Part shown: positions 14,484-25,280 of the stretch, one piece after another
Layout of the letters: every line of letters begins with the position of its first letter
Position numbering within the stretch: position 1 is the first letter of the stretch
Assembly: GCA_024704765.1 (NCBI GenBank)
Contig: JAKMXF010000354.1
Location: 791,690 to 855,689 of the forward strand
Reading direction: 5' to 3'
DNA: 64,000 nucleotides
Source: Oopsacas minuta
Lineage: Eukaryota; Animalia; Porifera
The notes under the pieces: model-generated
Databases searched by the model: none
What the model was told of the DNA's origin: nothing
Seen by the model: only the letters and a program-made list of their open reading frames with translations
Made by a program: the position numbers and the translations under genes

Positions 14484-16370
14484 TTAAGAGCAATTGAGTA
14501 TATCTGAACTTATTTCAGCGGAAGCATTTAAGCTAGTAGCTTTATCAATACAATCTACATACTCGGGAGTAGGTAGGGTTAAAAATGGTAATCGTTGATG
14601 TTGCAGTTCTTCTATAGCATAGTTCAACATTAGACAGGTAAACTGGTCGTTACTGTTATGATTCAAAACACTCTCACAAAGGAAAATTGCTTTTTCATAT
14701 TCCTCTAGTAACAAATGTACGTGAGCTATTGAGCTCATTGTTGAGGGTGTGTCTGGTTTGAGATGTAGAGCTCTCTTATAGAACTGTAATGCCTGTTCGT
14801 ATGCACCCAATTTTCTGTACGTCTGTCCTAAATTGAAGAGGATAACCTCCCACTCAGGGCTACACTGATCTCCATTCTCAAGAGGAGATCTGTTCAGAGA
14901 CATACGAAAGAACTTTTCAGCCAGTATATAGTTACCTGTAGAGCTTATTAAATATATATCTACGTATGTAGAATAACTATGTATATGACATACCTGTGTG
15001 ATAGTACAATACTCCTATCTCTTGTAATAATACAGGATCATATGGAGCTATTAGTTTAGCTTGCTCTAGAGAATTTGCTGCATAGTTATAGTTACCAGTC
15101 AGCATGTATTCCAAGCCAATGTACATCTTTGGGAGATGACAACCTTTCATTACAGTAGCTGCAATAGAGTATACTGCAATAGCGTGATCTCTCTCTCCTT
15201 CCATAGCTAGAGATTGTCCACAGGCCAGTAGTGCCTGTCCAAACTGCTTGTCCAGAGAAGTGGACTTATTGAACATTCTCCTAGCCTCCTCTTGTTTCCC
15301 CACACAGTAGTAGTAGCACCCAGCAGCGTACCATGAAAGAGGAGAGTCAGGACACGCCACTACTAGACGGTGTCCCATACGGTACAATTCTGCCTTCTTC
15401 TTCAGTTGAACTGAAGTAGCCAGATGCATGAGCAGAGCTCGAGAGTGAAAGAGATCGTCTTGTAATATTCGAGTAGTAATACGATAAGATTCTTCAAACT
15501 CGTATAGGTTAGTCAGTCGTTCTGCCTTTACTACCAGGAAATCTGCATTCTCACTCAACCCAGGGTACTTAGCGGGAGGAGTATCCGCAGTGGGGGTGTG
15601 TATTTGGCTGAGGAGGACAGTGTGCACCAAATCTCTTAGATCTTTAGTAGGTAGCTTTTGTAGATAAGGTTTGAGAGTCTTCTCTACGTCTGCCTAGGTA
15701 CAATATGATAAAGTATATAGTAAATGACCATACGCATGTACGCAGGTTAGTTAATTTAAAATGAAATACATTTACTCGCCTTCCTCTCAATGCTAGTTTC
15801 GTATCTATTCAAATTCTCCAGGGCTTCATAACATAGCGGATTGTACTGCAGAGCTTTCCTATAGTGCTCAACTGCACTATCATAATTCTCTGTCTTCTCC
15901 AGAGATATCCCATAAATGAGATGGCACTCAGAACGGAGATCTCCCAAGGGACAGCCGATCCACGGAGCAGTGTTAGGATAAACGTTAGGAGGGAATTCAT
16001 CTTCAACCGCAGGCTCAAGCAATGCGATAACCTAAAATAATTGAAAAATCATATTACATCATTTAATAACAATTCAGCTTACCTCACTCCAGTGATTACA
16101 ACTAGCATGAGCTCTAGCAGTCAGATATACAAACACAAGATGTTTCTTGCCTAGTGCACTCCATTTTCCAGTAGATAAGAGGTGTACAACTCTCTGATAC
16201 TCCCCTGAATGTAACAAACACTGAATAAAGTGATATACATCCTCTGGAGAATCTCTACTCAAACTGACAGCTTTATCTGCCCAGAAAGTAGCAGAAACAT
16301 ACATGTGTTTATAGACGTAGTCTTGTACTGCTGTCCTTAAATGGCTTAGCGTATTATCTTTATGATTCAT
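14484..16370 (-). CDS. CDC16: Anaphase-promoting complex subunit 6 (TPR protein); 4 exons
   Basis: Exons 16370-16083, 16031-15780 (or 15776), 15693 (or 15689)-14994 and 14935-14484. Motifs HMYVSATFWADKAVSLS, PLSWYAAGCYYY, KGCHLPKMYIGLEY, APYDPVLLQEIGV, WEVILFNLG. Confidence 0.93.
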
Positions 16371-16639
16371 TCCGTATTAAGCCTAACCAATCTTAACAAC
16401 TAGAAATCTTATAGAGATTATATTATACGAAATCTACAGTCATTTGACTCATTTCATAGAATCATTGATTGGTTTTCTACTGTAAACCTCGAGCAAACAA
16501 GTTAAATAGGCAAGTGTAATTGAATTAAAAGAATGAATAAAATTGAAAATCAAAGTTAGAATCAAATACAAGAAGTATAGAGAAAGAAGAATTAAATGAA
16601 TACGAAATATAAGAAAGAAAAAATTATAAATAATAATTG

Positions 16640-16687
16640 TACACGAAAGAGGTTAATTGTATACGAAAGAGGTTAATTGTATACGAA
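16640..16687. repeat. 20-bp tandem repeat TA(C/T)ACGAAAGAGGTTAATTG, about 2.4 copies (left of the satellite)
   Basis: Read directly; the same unit occurs at 19059-19100. Confidence 0.9.
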
Positions 16688-16699
16688 TACATGTATTAA

Positions 16700-18890
16700 A
16701 GTTTCCAGCCGTTTCTAGCAGTTTCCAACAGTTTCCAGCAGTTTCTAGCCGTTTCCAACAGTTTCCAGCAGTTTCCAGCAGTTTCTAGCCGTTTCCAACA
16801 GTTTCCAGCCGTTTCCAACAGTTTCCAGCAGTTTCTAGCAGTTTCCAACAGTTTCCAGCAGTTTCTAGCAGTTTCCAACAGTTTCCAGCAGTTTCTAGCC
16901 GTTTCCAACAGTTTCCAGCAGTTTCCAACAGTTTCCAGCAGTTTCTAACAGTTTCCAGCAGTTTCCACAGTTTCCAACAGTTTCCAACAGTTTCCAGCAG
17001 TTTCCAACAGTTTCCAGCAGTTTCTAGCAGTTTCCAACAGTTTCCAGCAGTTTCCAACAGTTTCCAGCAGTTTCCACAGTTTCCAGCAGTTTCCAGCAGC
17101 AGTTTCCAGCAGTTTCTAGCAGTTTCCAACAGTTTCCAGCAGTTTCTAGCAGTTTCCAACAGTTTCCAGCAGTTTCTAGCAGTTTCCAACAGTTTCCAGC
17201 AGTTTCTAGCAGTTTTCAGCAGTTTCCAACAGTTTCCAGCAGTTTCTAGCAGTTTCCAACAGTTTCTAGCCGTTTCCAACAGTTTCCAGCAGTTTCTAGC
17301 CGTTTCCAACAGTTTCCAGCAGTTTCTAGCCGTTTCCAACAGTTTCCAGCAGTTTCCAGCAGTTTCTAGCCGTTTCCAACAGTTTCTAGCAGTTTCCAAC
17401 AGTTTCCAGCAGTTTCTAGCAGTTTCCAACAGTTTCCAGCAGTTTCTAGCAGTTTCCAACAGTTTCCAGCAGTTTCTAGCCGTTTCCAACAGTTTCCAGC
17501 AGTTTCCAACAGTTTCCAGCAGTTTCTAGCAGTTTCCAGCAGTTTCCAGCAGTTTCTAGCAGTTTCCAACAGTTTCCAGCAGTTTCTAGCAGTTTCCAAC
17601 AGTTTCCAGCAGTTTCCAACAGTTTCCAGCAGTTTCTAGCAGTTTCTAGCCGTTTCCAACAGTTTCCAGCAGTTTCCAGCAGTTTCTAGCCGTTTCCAAC
17701 AGTTTCTAGCAGTTTCCAACAGTTTCCAGCAGTTTCTAGCAGTTTCCAACAGTTTCCAGCAGTTTCTAGCAGTTTCCAACAGTTTCCAGCAGTTTCTAGC
17801 CGTTTCCAACAGTTTCCAGCAGTTTCCAACAGTTTCCAGCAGTTTCTAACAGTTTCCAGCAGTTTCCAGCAGTTTCTAGCAGTTTCCAACAGTTTCCAGC
17901 AGTTTCTAGCAGTTTCCAACAGTTTCCAGCAGTTTCCAACAGTTTCCAGCAGTTTCCAGCAGTTTCCAGCAGTTTCCAACAGTTTCTAGCAGTTTCCAAC
18001 AGTTTCCAGCAGTTTCTAGCAGTTTCCAGCAGTTTCTAGCCGTTTCCAACAGTTTCCAGCAGTTTCCAACAGTTTCCAGCAGTTTCTAGCAGTTTCCAAC
18101 AGTTTCCAGCAGTTTCTAGCAGTTTCCAACAGTTTCTAGCAGTTTCCAGCAGTTTCCAGCAGTTTCTAGCAGTTTCCAACAGTTTCCAGCAGTTTCTAGC
18201 AGTTTCCAACAGTTTCCAGCAGTTTCTAGCAGTTTTCAGCAGTTTCCAACAGTTTCCAGCAGTTTCTAGCCGTTTCCAACAGTTTCCAGCAGTTTCTAGC
18301 AGTTTCCAGCAGTTTTCAACAGTTTCCAGCAGTTTCCAACAGTTTCCAGCAGTTTCCAGCAGTTTCTAGCAGTTTCTAGCAGTTTCTAGCAGTTTCCAAC
18401 AGTTTCCAGCAGTTTCCAACAGTTTCCAGCAGTTTCTAGCCGTTTCCAACAGTTTCCAGCAGTTTCCAACAGTTTCCAGCAGTTTCCAACAGTTTCCAGC
18501 AGTTTCTAGCAGTTTCTAGCAGTTTCCAACAGTTTCCAGCAGTTTCTAGCCGTTTCCAACAGTTTCTAGCAGTTTCCAGCAGTTTCCAACAGTTTCCAGC
18601 AGTTTCTAGCAGTTTCCAACAGTTTCCAGCAGTTTCTAGCAGTTTCCAGCAGTTTCTAGCAGTTTCTAGCAGTTTCCAGCAGTTTCCAACAGTTTCCAGC
18701 AGTTTCTAGCAGTTTCCAGCAGTTTCTAGCAGTTTCCAGCAGTTTCTAGCAGTTTCCAGCAGTTTCTAGCAGTTTCCAGCAGTTTCCAGCAGTTTCTAGC
18801 AGTTTCTAGCAGTTTCCAGCAGTTTCCAGCAGTTTCTAGCAGTTTCCAGCAGTTTCCAGCAGTTTCTAGCAGTTTCTAGCAGTTTCCAAC
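16700..18890. repeat. 10-bp-unit tandem satellite/minisatellite (AGTTTCCAGC / AGTTTCTAGC / AGTTTCCAAC), about 219 units
   Basis: Read directly: 2191 bp, three main unit variants with a partial 30-bp higher-order period. Confidence 0.99.
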
Positions 18891-19058
18891 AAAAACTATT
18901 TTAATAATTGTGGTAGATCGATACTTCAAGGGTTATACGGGAGAAATCGAGTGTGCTGAGTCCGAATTTGATATTGTAAATAACATATTGTGAATATTTG
19001 TTTATTTTTAGGGAAATATGTAATTATGTTTGTTAATTGCCCAAATACATTCAACCAC

Positions 19059-19100
19059 TACACGAAAGAGGTTAATTGTACACGAAAAGGGTTAGTGTAC
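19059..19100. repeat. 20-bp repeat TACACGAAAGAGGTTAATTG plus a degenerate second copy (right of the satellite)
   Basis: 19059-19078 is identical to 16640-16659, same orientation. Confidence 0.85.
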
Positions 19101-19518
19101 AGGAAGCAGGCTGATTGTGCTTTTGTGTTATGAGCTTGTTGAATTCAATTTTTCTTTATTCATGTTTCATTGCTTTAGTAACCTTCTAAACTGAAATTCT
19201 TTCATTTTCTATTGCTTTTTGTACTGAAATTCATTCAAATTTCCTTGCGTCCCTTTAACCTGTCTGAAGAGGTTTCCTAATAGAATATTGCACTAAATTC
19301 ACATTCAAGACACTCAAAACGAAATGAGCATACTCTATACTACAATGGGATCTGAGTTACTTCAATTAGATTTGAATGGTAAATATATAACTAAATAATA
19401 TTATTAATTAATAATACTTGATATTACAGACTAAGAACTAACTAAGAAGATTCATGAACTACAATATAATCTGTATCTACTGTCCCAAGCATATTAATAA
19501 CAACAAACAACAATTCTC

Positions 19519-19929
19519 CTAACTAGCTGAGTTTGAGTTAGGACCCTTAGGACGTCCACCTCGTCCAGTCACCTGCTGTTGGAACCGGCGCTTATACTGT
19601 TCACGGCGTTTAGCGCGTCCAGTCTTGGCCTTCTTCTTATCCTGCTTCTCGACCTTTGGTGTTACATTCTTTACCTTACCTGCTCGTGCTAGTGAGCCAT
19701 GGACCTTTCCACCCGGGATCCTGCCAGACACCTGGATATTGCTCTCATGAGTGATCCCATAGTCTGTCAGGGGACCGGAGACCAAAGGAGAGCCAATATA
19801 GGAGAGGGAGAGCTTGTCTTCAGGTACAGAGGTTTCCTGAGAGATTATCTCAAGAAGCTCAGAGACAAGAGTTTCCTTGCGAATATCGATTACATGTGTA
19901 CGTTCAGTTGTTTGTGCAAACACTTGCAT
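19519..19929 (-). CDS. FAU: Ubiquitin-like FUBI - 40S ribosomal protein S30 fusion
   Basis: Ubl domain ending PGG followed by [26 protein letters not shown]...GPNSNS. Confidence 0.97.
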   Translation of the reverse strand: MQVFAQTTERTHVIDIRKETLVSELLEIISQETSVPEDKLSLSYIGSPLVSGPLTDYGITHESNIQVSGRIPGGKVHGSLARAGKVKNVTPKVEKQDKKKAKTGRAKRREQYKRRFQQQVTGRGGRPKGPNSNSAS

Positions 19930-20071
19930 TAGTATAGTATAGTCGGAAATTTGGAGAGTAACTGATGGAAAAACAAATACGATAAGACTAGTGAATGAAA
20001 GTTAAGTATAATAACTAGAACGATAACATATTATTATATAGGACACTTTTCTCCTACACAAGCTACTAGGT

Positions 20072-20122
20072 TAATTAAGAGCTATATTTAGAACTAATAG
20101 TTCTAAATATAGCTCTTAATTA
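20072..20122. other. Perfect inverted repeat, 25-bp arms with a 1-nt spacer
   Basis: TAATTAAGAGCTATATTTAGAACTA-A-TAGTTCTAAATATAGCTCTTAATTA, checked base by base. Confidence 0.95.
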
Positions 20123-20462
20123 GCTATGCTGATACCAAGAAATGAATTATTAAGAATTATTCCTTATCAATTAGCTTGCTGGAGTACTAAGTACATAAAC
20201 TTGATACTCTTGGAAATAAGTAGCTACATTCATTCAGTTCTAAAATTAGTATACCAGATGGATGCCACATATGGCATAGATAAATAGAATAATAGATAGG
20301 GTGACCAAAATTAATGTGCCCAGATTTTAATACATATGTACAGGATTCCCCGAGATTATTCTTTGAATTATATTTCTTAATATGCTGTTGATGGTTTATT
20401 GCAGATGTTATAAGTTGATTTAAGTATAAATAATATTACAAATTAAGTAATAACAAAAGTGT

Positions 20463-20981
20463 TTAGTCAGAATTATCCCAAGATTGTGGGTTGATAAAGG
20501 GAGGTTTAGGCAGGATCCTTGGTGGATGCTGAATTAGCCATTGTTCATAAGCCTCTGCAGCCTTCAGTTTAGCTAATTTCTTACTCTGTCTATCCTGGTC
20601 TAATTCCTGTTGTGTGATAGCAGCTGATTGTTGTTCAGCTCGCTTCTTTGCAGTATTCCACTCACGGAAATTCCTTCTAGCTCTCTCTTCCATTATTTTC
20701 TCTTTTCTCTTAATTTCAGTTAGAGCAACTTTCTCTGATTTCTCTTTATCAGCTGCCTTCTTGATACAACTTACCCGTTTCTTATCTAATAACCATTTTG
20801 AATAACTTTGTTTATTTCTCTCTTCTCGCCTAATGTCACTCTCAGAGCGAAGTTGTTCTTGATGTCTTAACAATTCTAATTCTCCGTCTCTCTGTATTTT
20901 AGCACTCTGTTTCTCAATCGCTTTCTTGAGAACCCATCTCTCCCACGGATCCTGAATAGAGCTAACATTTATATCACTCAT
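20463..20981 (-). CDS. CCDC34: Coiled-coil domain-containing protein 34-like
   Basis: DPWERWVLKK, repeated spaced W-x-x-x-K coiled-coil segments and C-terminal PFINPQSW resemble CCDC34 (SPWEVW..., PAFYNPIPW). Confidence 0.7.
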   Translation of the reverse strand: MSDINVSSIQDPWERWVLKKAIEKQSAKIQRDGELELLRHQEQLRSESDIRREERNKQSYSKWLLDKKRVSCIKKAADKEKSEKVALTEIKRKEKIMEERARRNFREWNTAKKRAEQQSAAITQQELDQDRQSKKLAKLKAAEAYEQWLIQHPPRILPKPPFINPQSWDNSD

Positions 20982-21250
20982 AAACTATGCAAAACTTATT
21001 ATTAACTAAATAAGCTGATACCATTAGGCCTAAAGAGAGAAGATCGGCCAATCTTACCTTACAATAAATTAGTAGAATCGTTCTTCATTAACCACTATTA
21101 CGAAAAAGATGTATGTGTATGAATAATAGAATAGAATTCGCGCATTAATAAGTGTGAAAGAAGAATATTGATAGAGATGGAATATGATCAACTTGATCGA
21201 TTTCTCTCGATTTGTTAATACAATAAATCTGTAACAAAAATAGACTTTGA

Positions 21251-22447
21251 CTAATATTTGGAATTCGGGTGAAGTGATTTGAGTAAGAGAGAATCAAAAT
21301 ATTCTTTAGGAAATTGAACATTATTTCTAAAAGGGAAATTCAGACTTGGATAGTTAGATGTATCTGATTTTCGTTCTTCAAATCTGAACTCTTTCCTTAA
21401 TAACATTAGAATCTTACCGAGATAGTTCTTCCCCCTTTCTGCCTTACCACACCCCCAGAAGATCTCTTCCTGGTTACTATACATAAGAAAGGCATTTTTG
21501 GTACCAAGGAGAGTGAGCTTTGTTTCAGGGTGATTATTAAATTTCATTTTTAGACCAGCATACATTATACTAATCTTCTCTTCCTTGAAATTTTTTCTTG
21601 TAAGACTCTTCGCTAACTTATCTTCATAAACAAACTTTCTAAGATCAGAAACGTTAGTTTGCATAATCAAGAATCTGTCTAGACATCTGAATTTCCTTGA
21701 CTGATAGAAGTGCTCTACAGACGGCCATATATACCCTCCATATGAGAACCCTTCACTACTAGAAGGTAGTAGTTTACAAAGCTTTTCATTCTCATTATTA
21801 ATGTGTATTAAATTAGCGGGGTATATCTCTCCATGTCTTATACTTGTATTGAAATCTTCATTCAAATTCTCTTCAGTCAAGTTAGGATACAATCCACTGG
21901 TTCCAGTTCCATAACTATCTTCTAACATAACTAATACCCTTAACTCACTACGAATATGTGTCAGCATTTTACCATACAAATTACTACCCAGTCCATCTCC
22001 CCCATCTGATAACAGCTGATCCATACCGCTATGATATACTATTTTCTTGTTACTGGTACGTAGAAGTGACCTGGTTAGCTCAGGCTGTGCGTTTAAGCTG
22101 AAATGAGAAGAGAGAGCATTTAGGAGAATAGCTTCTCCTTTAGCAGAAAGTTTATGATGAGGCTGTTTCAACTTATTTATCATATACAATACAGAATCAA
22201 CACTCATAAGAGAGCGTATATAGTCACTGTGTTCTGGTATAAGCAGTGAATAGTAGAAATGTATAATAGACTGCCAGAATAGACCTTCATATAGGAACAG
22301 GATTAGCTCTGACTTAGGAGAGAGGATATGTGAATCTGTTATGACGTAGTAACATGAGCTATCCAATAGGTCACTATAACTATTGTTACTATGTGATAAG
22401 GCGAATAGCTTATCAGTTGGGTATAGTCTCGTGATACTATCACTCAT
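21251..22447 (-). CDS. Tandem NADAR (YbiA/DUF1768)-domain protein, 398 aa
   Basis: C-domain: GYIWPSVEHFYQSRKF...MYAGLKMKFNNHPE...LLGT...IFWGCG...GKNYLGKILMLLRKEF. N-domain: GLFWQSIIHFY...ALSSHF...PELTRSLLRT...DQLLSDGGDGLGSNLYGKMLTHIRSEL. Both align with the YbiA consensus. Confidence 0.8.
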   Translation of the reverse strand: MSDSITRLYPTDKLFALSHSNNSYSDLLDSSCYYVITDSHILSPKSELILFLYEGLFWQSIIHFYYSLLIPEHSDYIRSLMSVDSVLYMINKLKQPHHKLSAKGEAILLNALSSHFSLNAQPELTRSLLRTSNKKIVYHSGMDQLLSDGGDGLGSNLYGKMLTHIRSELRVLVMLEDSYGTGTSGLYPNLTEENLNEDFNTSIRHGEIYPANLIHINNENEKLCKLLPSSSEGFSYGGYIWPSVEHFYQSRKFRCLDRFLIMQTNVSDLRKFVYEDKLAKSLTRKNFKEEKISIMYAGLKMKFNNHPETKLTLLGTKNAFLMYSNQEEIFWGCGKAERGKNYLGKILMLLRKEFRFEERKSDTSNYPSLNFPFRNNVQFPKEYFDSLLLKSLHPNSKY

Positions 22448-22635
22448 TATTTAATAATGCTATATACAAGTAAGAATATTAAATTACTGAATTCTTTGTT
22501 TGGAAAGGTTATAGATTCCAATAACGAGTTTCTACAAAACATACAAACAATAAAAGCTGATCCAAGCTATCTAGGCTTTAAATATAGAATACTCAAGCAA
22601 TCAGTAGCGATAATCTATAAAGGAAACATAGACTG

Positions 22636-23298
22636 CTATTGAGTGGGCTCATCAGGTACTACAGCCTCCTGTTCAGGTCTCCCGCCCTGTTGCTGTTCAG
22701 CAGTATTGCCTGGTTTAGTTAGGTTCTCGCGGAAATTGATGGTAGCACTGCGGACACGACCCCAAGCATTCTGGAGAGATTCATTTTCTTTAATAGCATC
22801 TCCAGCCTTCTTGAATGCATCAGTTGTTCTGTTGCCAGCTACTTGCATGCCGCTAGAAGCCTTCTCTCCGGATGTAGAGAGAGTATCCATGGTTTTCTTG
22901 TATGTATCACTGGTAGTGACATTCTCTCTCCATTTGGTGAGAGTCTCTCCGGTTTTCTTATAGCGTTCTGACTCCTTAACCTGCTGCCATTTATCATTCA
23001 CAGATCGCAGACTGTAGTTAAGATTATCTCTCATCTCAGTGAATGGAGTTATTCCTAGTTCTGTCTTAACACTAGTCAATTCCTTTTCCTTCAGAAACAG
23101 CCTAGTACGCAGCTCATTAACTTCATCCGTCAGCTGTAGCTGTTTCTTCTTCAAACTCTCTCTCTGTAGCTCCTCCATTGAAGGCTCAAGGTCCTGCTCG
23201 AGGGTAGGAATAGGTCTAGGCTTGGAAGGAACTTCCTTCTCATCAGCAACTACACTCTTAGCCTGTGGAGTAATCTCAGCGGCGGTAGACTCAGCCAT
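22636..23298 (-). CDS. TPD52: Tumor protein D52 family
   Basis: EVNELRTRLFLKEKELTSVKTELGITPFTEMRDNL...WQQVKESERYKKTGETL matches the D52 coiled coil and D2 motif. Confidence 0.85.
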   Translation of the reverse strand: MAESTAAEITPQAKSVVADEKEVPSKPRPIPTLEQDLEPSMEELQRESLKKKQLQLTDEVNELRTRLFLKEKELTSVKTELGITPFTEMRDNLNYSLRSVNDKWQQVKESERYKKTGETLTKWRENVTTSDTYKKTMDTLSTSGEKASSGMQVAGNRTTDAFKKAGDAIKENESLQNAWGRVRSATINFRENLTKPGNTAEQQQGGRPEQEAVVPDEPTQ

Positions 23299-23412
23299 TC
23301 TAGAATTAATATATTAATAATTATAGTGCAAACAAATCCTTACATTATATAAATAATAGATATAATCACAGAGATGTATTGAACAGATCAACATCTATTA
23401 AAAGGTTTAATC

Positions 23413-24900
23413 TCAATCGTAGTATGGTCTCCTTGGGTTGTTGAGAGGATTTGGTCTGAATTTGTATGCAAGCATCATTCTCTTCCTGTAGAGAGAGAAC
23501 TCGTCATCATCCGATTTTACGTCTCTTAACTTTTCACTTCCTACTCCTGTAGCATCAAGGCAATGTCTTCCTTTATTAACAGGGGTTACTATCCCTTGCT
23601 GCTGAGCTCCTAGTCCTTGTCCCTCTTGCCATCCAGCTCTTTGTAACATCTTATATCCGATATTATCCTGTTTGATTTCGTTATCTTTATAATCTGATAT
23701 GTCTGGTTTGTCTTCTCCCTCTCTTGCCCTCTGTACTTGTGTCATAAATCTGAGATACTCGTCTCCGGGTAGGAAGTCAGATAGATGGTGCTTGCCTTGG
23801 GCTAGTTCAGTCAGGTTCTCAGCTGTTTCTCGTGTCTTCTCCATCTCCATAGCTCTCCTCTTATGTTCCCAGGTACCAAAATCGTTCTCCTCATCACTGT
23901 CATACTCATAGCGAGTACCAGTGAACCTCTTAACACCTCTCCCTCTACTCCTCCCGTTACCTCTCATGGTAGCAGCTATTCTGTCTAGGACCTTCTGTAC
24001 TTCAAGCTGCTGCTTCTGGTCAGCTGACAGCTTAGAGCTGGGGGACTCGAGGGCAGAGAGGATAGAGGGTGGGATCTTAACACCAACGGTGTCACTCTCA
24101 TCTGACCATCTGGACTTCCGTTTGGGAGTAGAATCTGTTGGAGGAGGAATGAACTCATTTGAGGGTGTAGGTTTGTCATCATGTCTATACTCTAACAGCT
24201 TCTGACTAAAGTATATGTTAGCAGGGTGTGAAGAATCTCGGAGGAAGTAGAGGGGTCCTTCTTTGTCCTGCTCGCTCTGGAACTTTTTGACAGTTTTATC
24301 TTCAGCTAGTGCGAGCTGTCGAGCCATCCTCTCTGCTAACTCAAACTCAGAAACTTTATCCTCTCTCTTGGAGGGAATTGATTCAGTTTGATCTGTAAAG
24401 AATTTAGAGGTTGGAGCATGTAGAAGTTGGTCAGGTTGTGTGACAGGTGTCAATTTGAGTTTGACAGGGGGAGGTGGAGGACATGGCATGTCAGTATGAG
24501 AAGAGGGAGGAAGAGGGGGCTTGGACTGGGTTGGGGCTTTGAGAGGGATAATTATAGGAGGGTGCGGATCGGGAGGAGAGAATCTTGTCTCGGGGAGAGG
24601 GGATGTAGGAGGGAGGAGTTGAATAGGTTCTGGTGATGGAGGTGTTTGCATTTGTAGAAATTGCGCGAAAAAACTACCATCATTTGCAAATGGTAATTTC
24701 TCAGAAGAATCACTATGTTGTCTAGTTTTAGTAGTAGAATTTGTGTGTTGTGTAATGTTTGATGTTTTCAGTGACGGAGCTGGATGAATTAATCCAGCCT
24801 TCTTAGCTAGAAATATCTTCCTTTTCTCCTCAATTAGACGTTCTTGACGGTGATAATCCTCAGGCCCTGCACGTGTTACGAAATCTCTATTTCGTGACAT
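23413..24900 (-). CDS. SUGP1: SURP and G-patch domain protein 1 (splicing factor 4)
   Basis: PFANDGSFFAQF; one SURP-like segment (LYFLRDSSHPANIYFSQKLLEY); GTWEHKRRAMEMEKT; G-patch DNIGYKMLQRAGWQEGQGLG; terminal YRKRMMLAYKFRPNPLNNPRRPYY. Confidence 0.95.
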   Translation of the reverse strand: MSRNRDFVTRAGPEDYHRQERLIEEKRKIFLAKKAGLIHPAPSLKTSNITQHTNSTTKTRQHSDSSEKLPFANDGSFFAQFLQMQTPPSPEPIQLLPPTSPLPETRFSPPDPHPPIIIPLKAPTQSKPPLPPSSHTDMPCPPPPPVKLKLTPVTQPDQLLHAPTSKFFTDQTESIPSKREDKVSEFELAERMARQLALAEDKTVKKFQSEQDKEGPLYFLRDSSHPANIYFSQKLLEYRHDDKPTPSNEFIPPPTDSTPKRKSRWSDESDTVGVKIPPSILSALESPSSKLSADQKQQLEVQKVLDRIAATMRGNGRSRGRGVKRFTGTRYEYDSDEENDFGTWEHKRRAMEMEKTRETAENLTELAQGKHHLSDFLPGDEYLRFMTQVQRAREGEDKPDISDYKDNEIKQDNIGYKMLQRAGWQEGQGLGAQQQGIVTPVNKGRHCLDATGVGSEKLRDVKSDDDEFSLYRKRMMLAYKFRPNPLNNPRRPYYD

Positions 24901-25280
24901 AAGGACTGGTCACATCTATTCAAAACCTATCTGATAGTTATAGCTATTATTTATGAATAGTATACGTATAGTGTAACGAATACAGTTAACTCACGTCCTT
25001 TATATCGAACACTGATATATGGAAATACCCGCTTATTTCGTGTACAAATATGGTCACAAACAGTCATAGCATATATTTAATCGGTATATCGAAGTAATTA
25101 TCGCGGTCCCTTGAGCTTGATATAACAGGAGTTGACTGCATCTCAGCTAAATAGACTGCAGGTAAGGCAGAGATTGATATTGTATTGAGATACGTGTATA
25201 CGTAAGTATAAACAAAATAGTGAAAAGAGAACCAGGAGTATTTACAGGAGTTCATATTTCCCCAGCAGTATCTTATTAAA

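Noticed and set aside
16696-17999. Minus-strand ORFs of repeating ETARNCWKLL
   Set aside because: Translation artefacts of the 10-bp satellite; no ATG start, and frames stay open only because of the 30-bp period.
16700-18890. CRISPR array
   Set aside because: Contiguous 10-bp units with no unique spacers, no cas genes, and a eukaryotic context.
20297-20306. TAGGGTGACC, resembling a hAT (Blackjack-type) terminus
   Set aside because: No matching inverted end or 8-bp TSD found.
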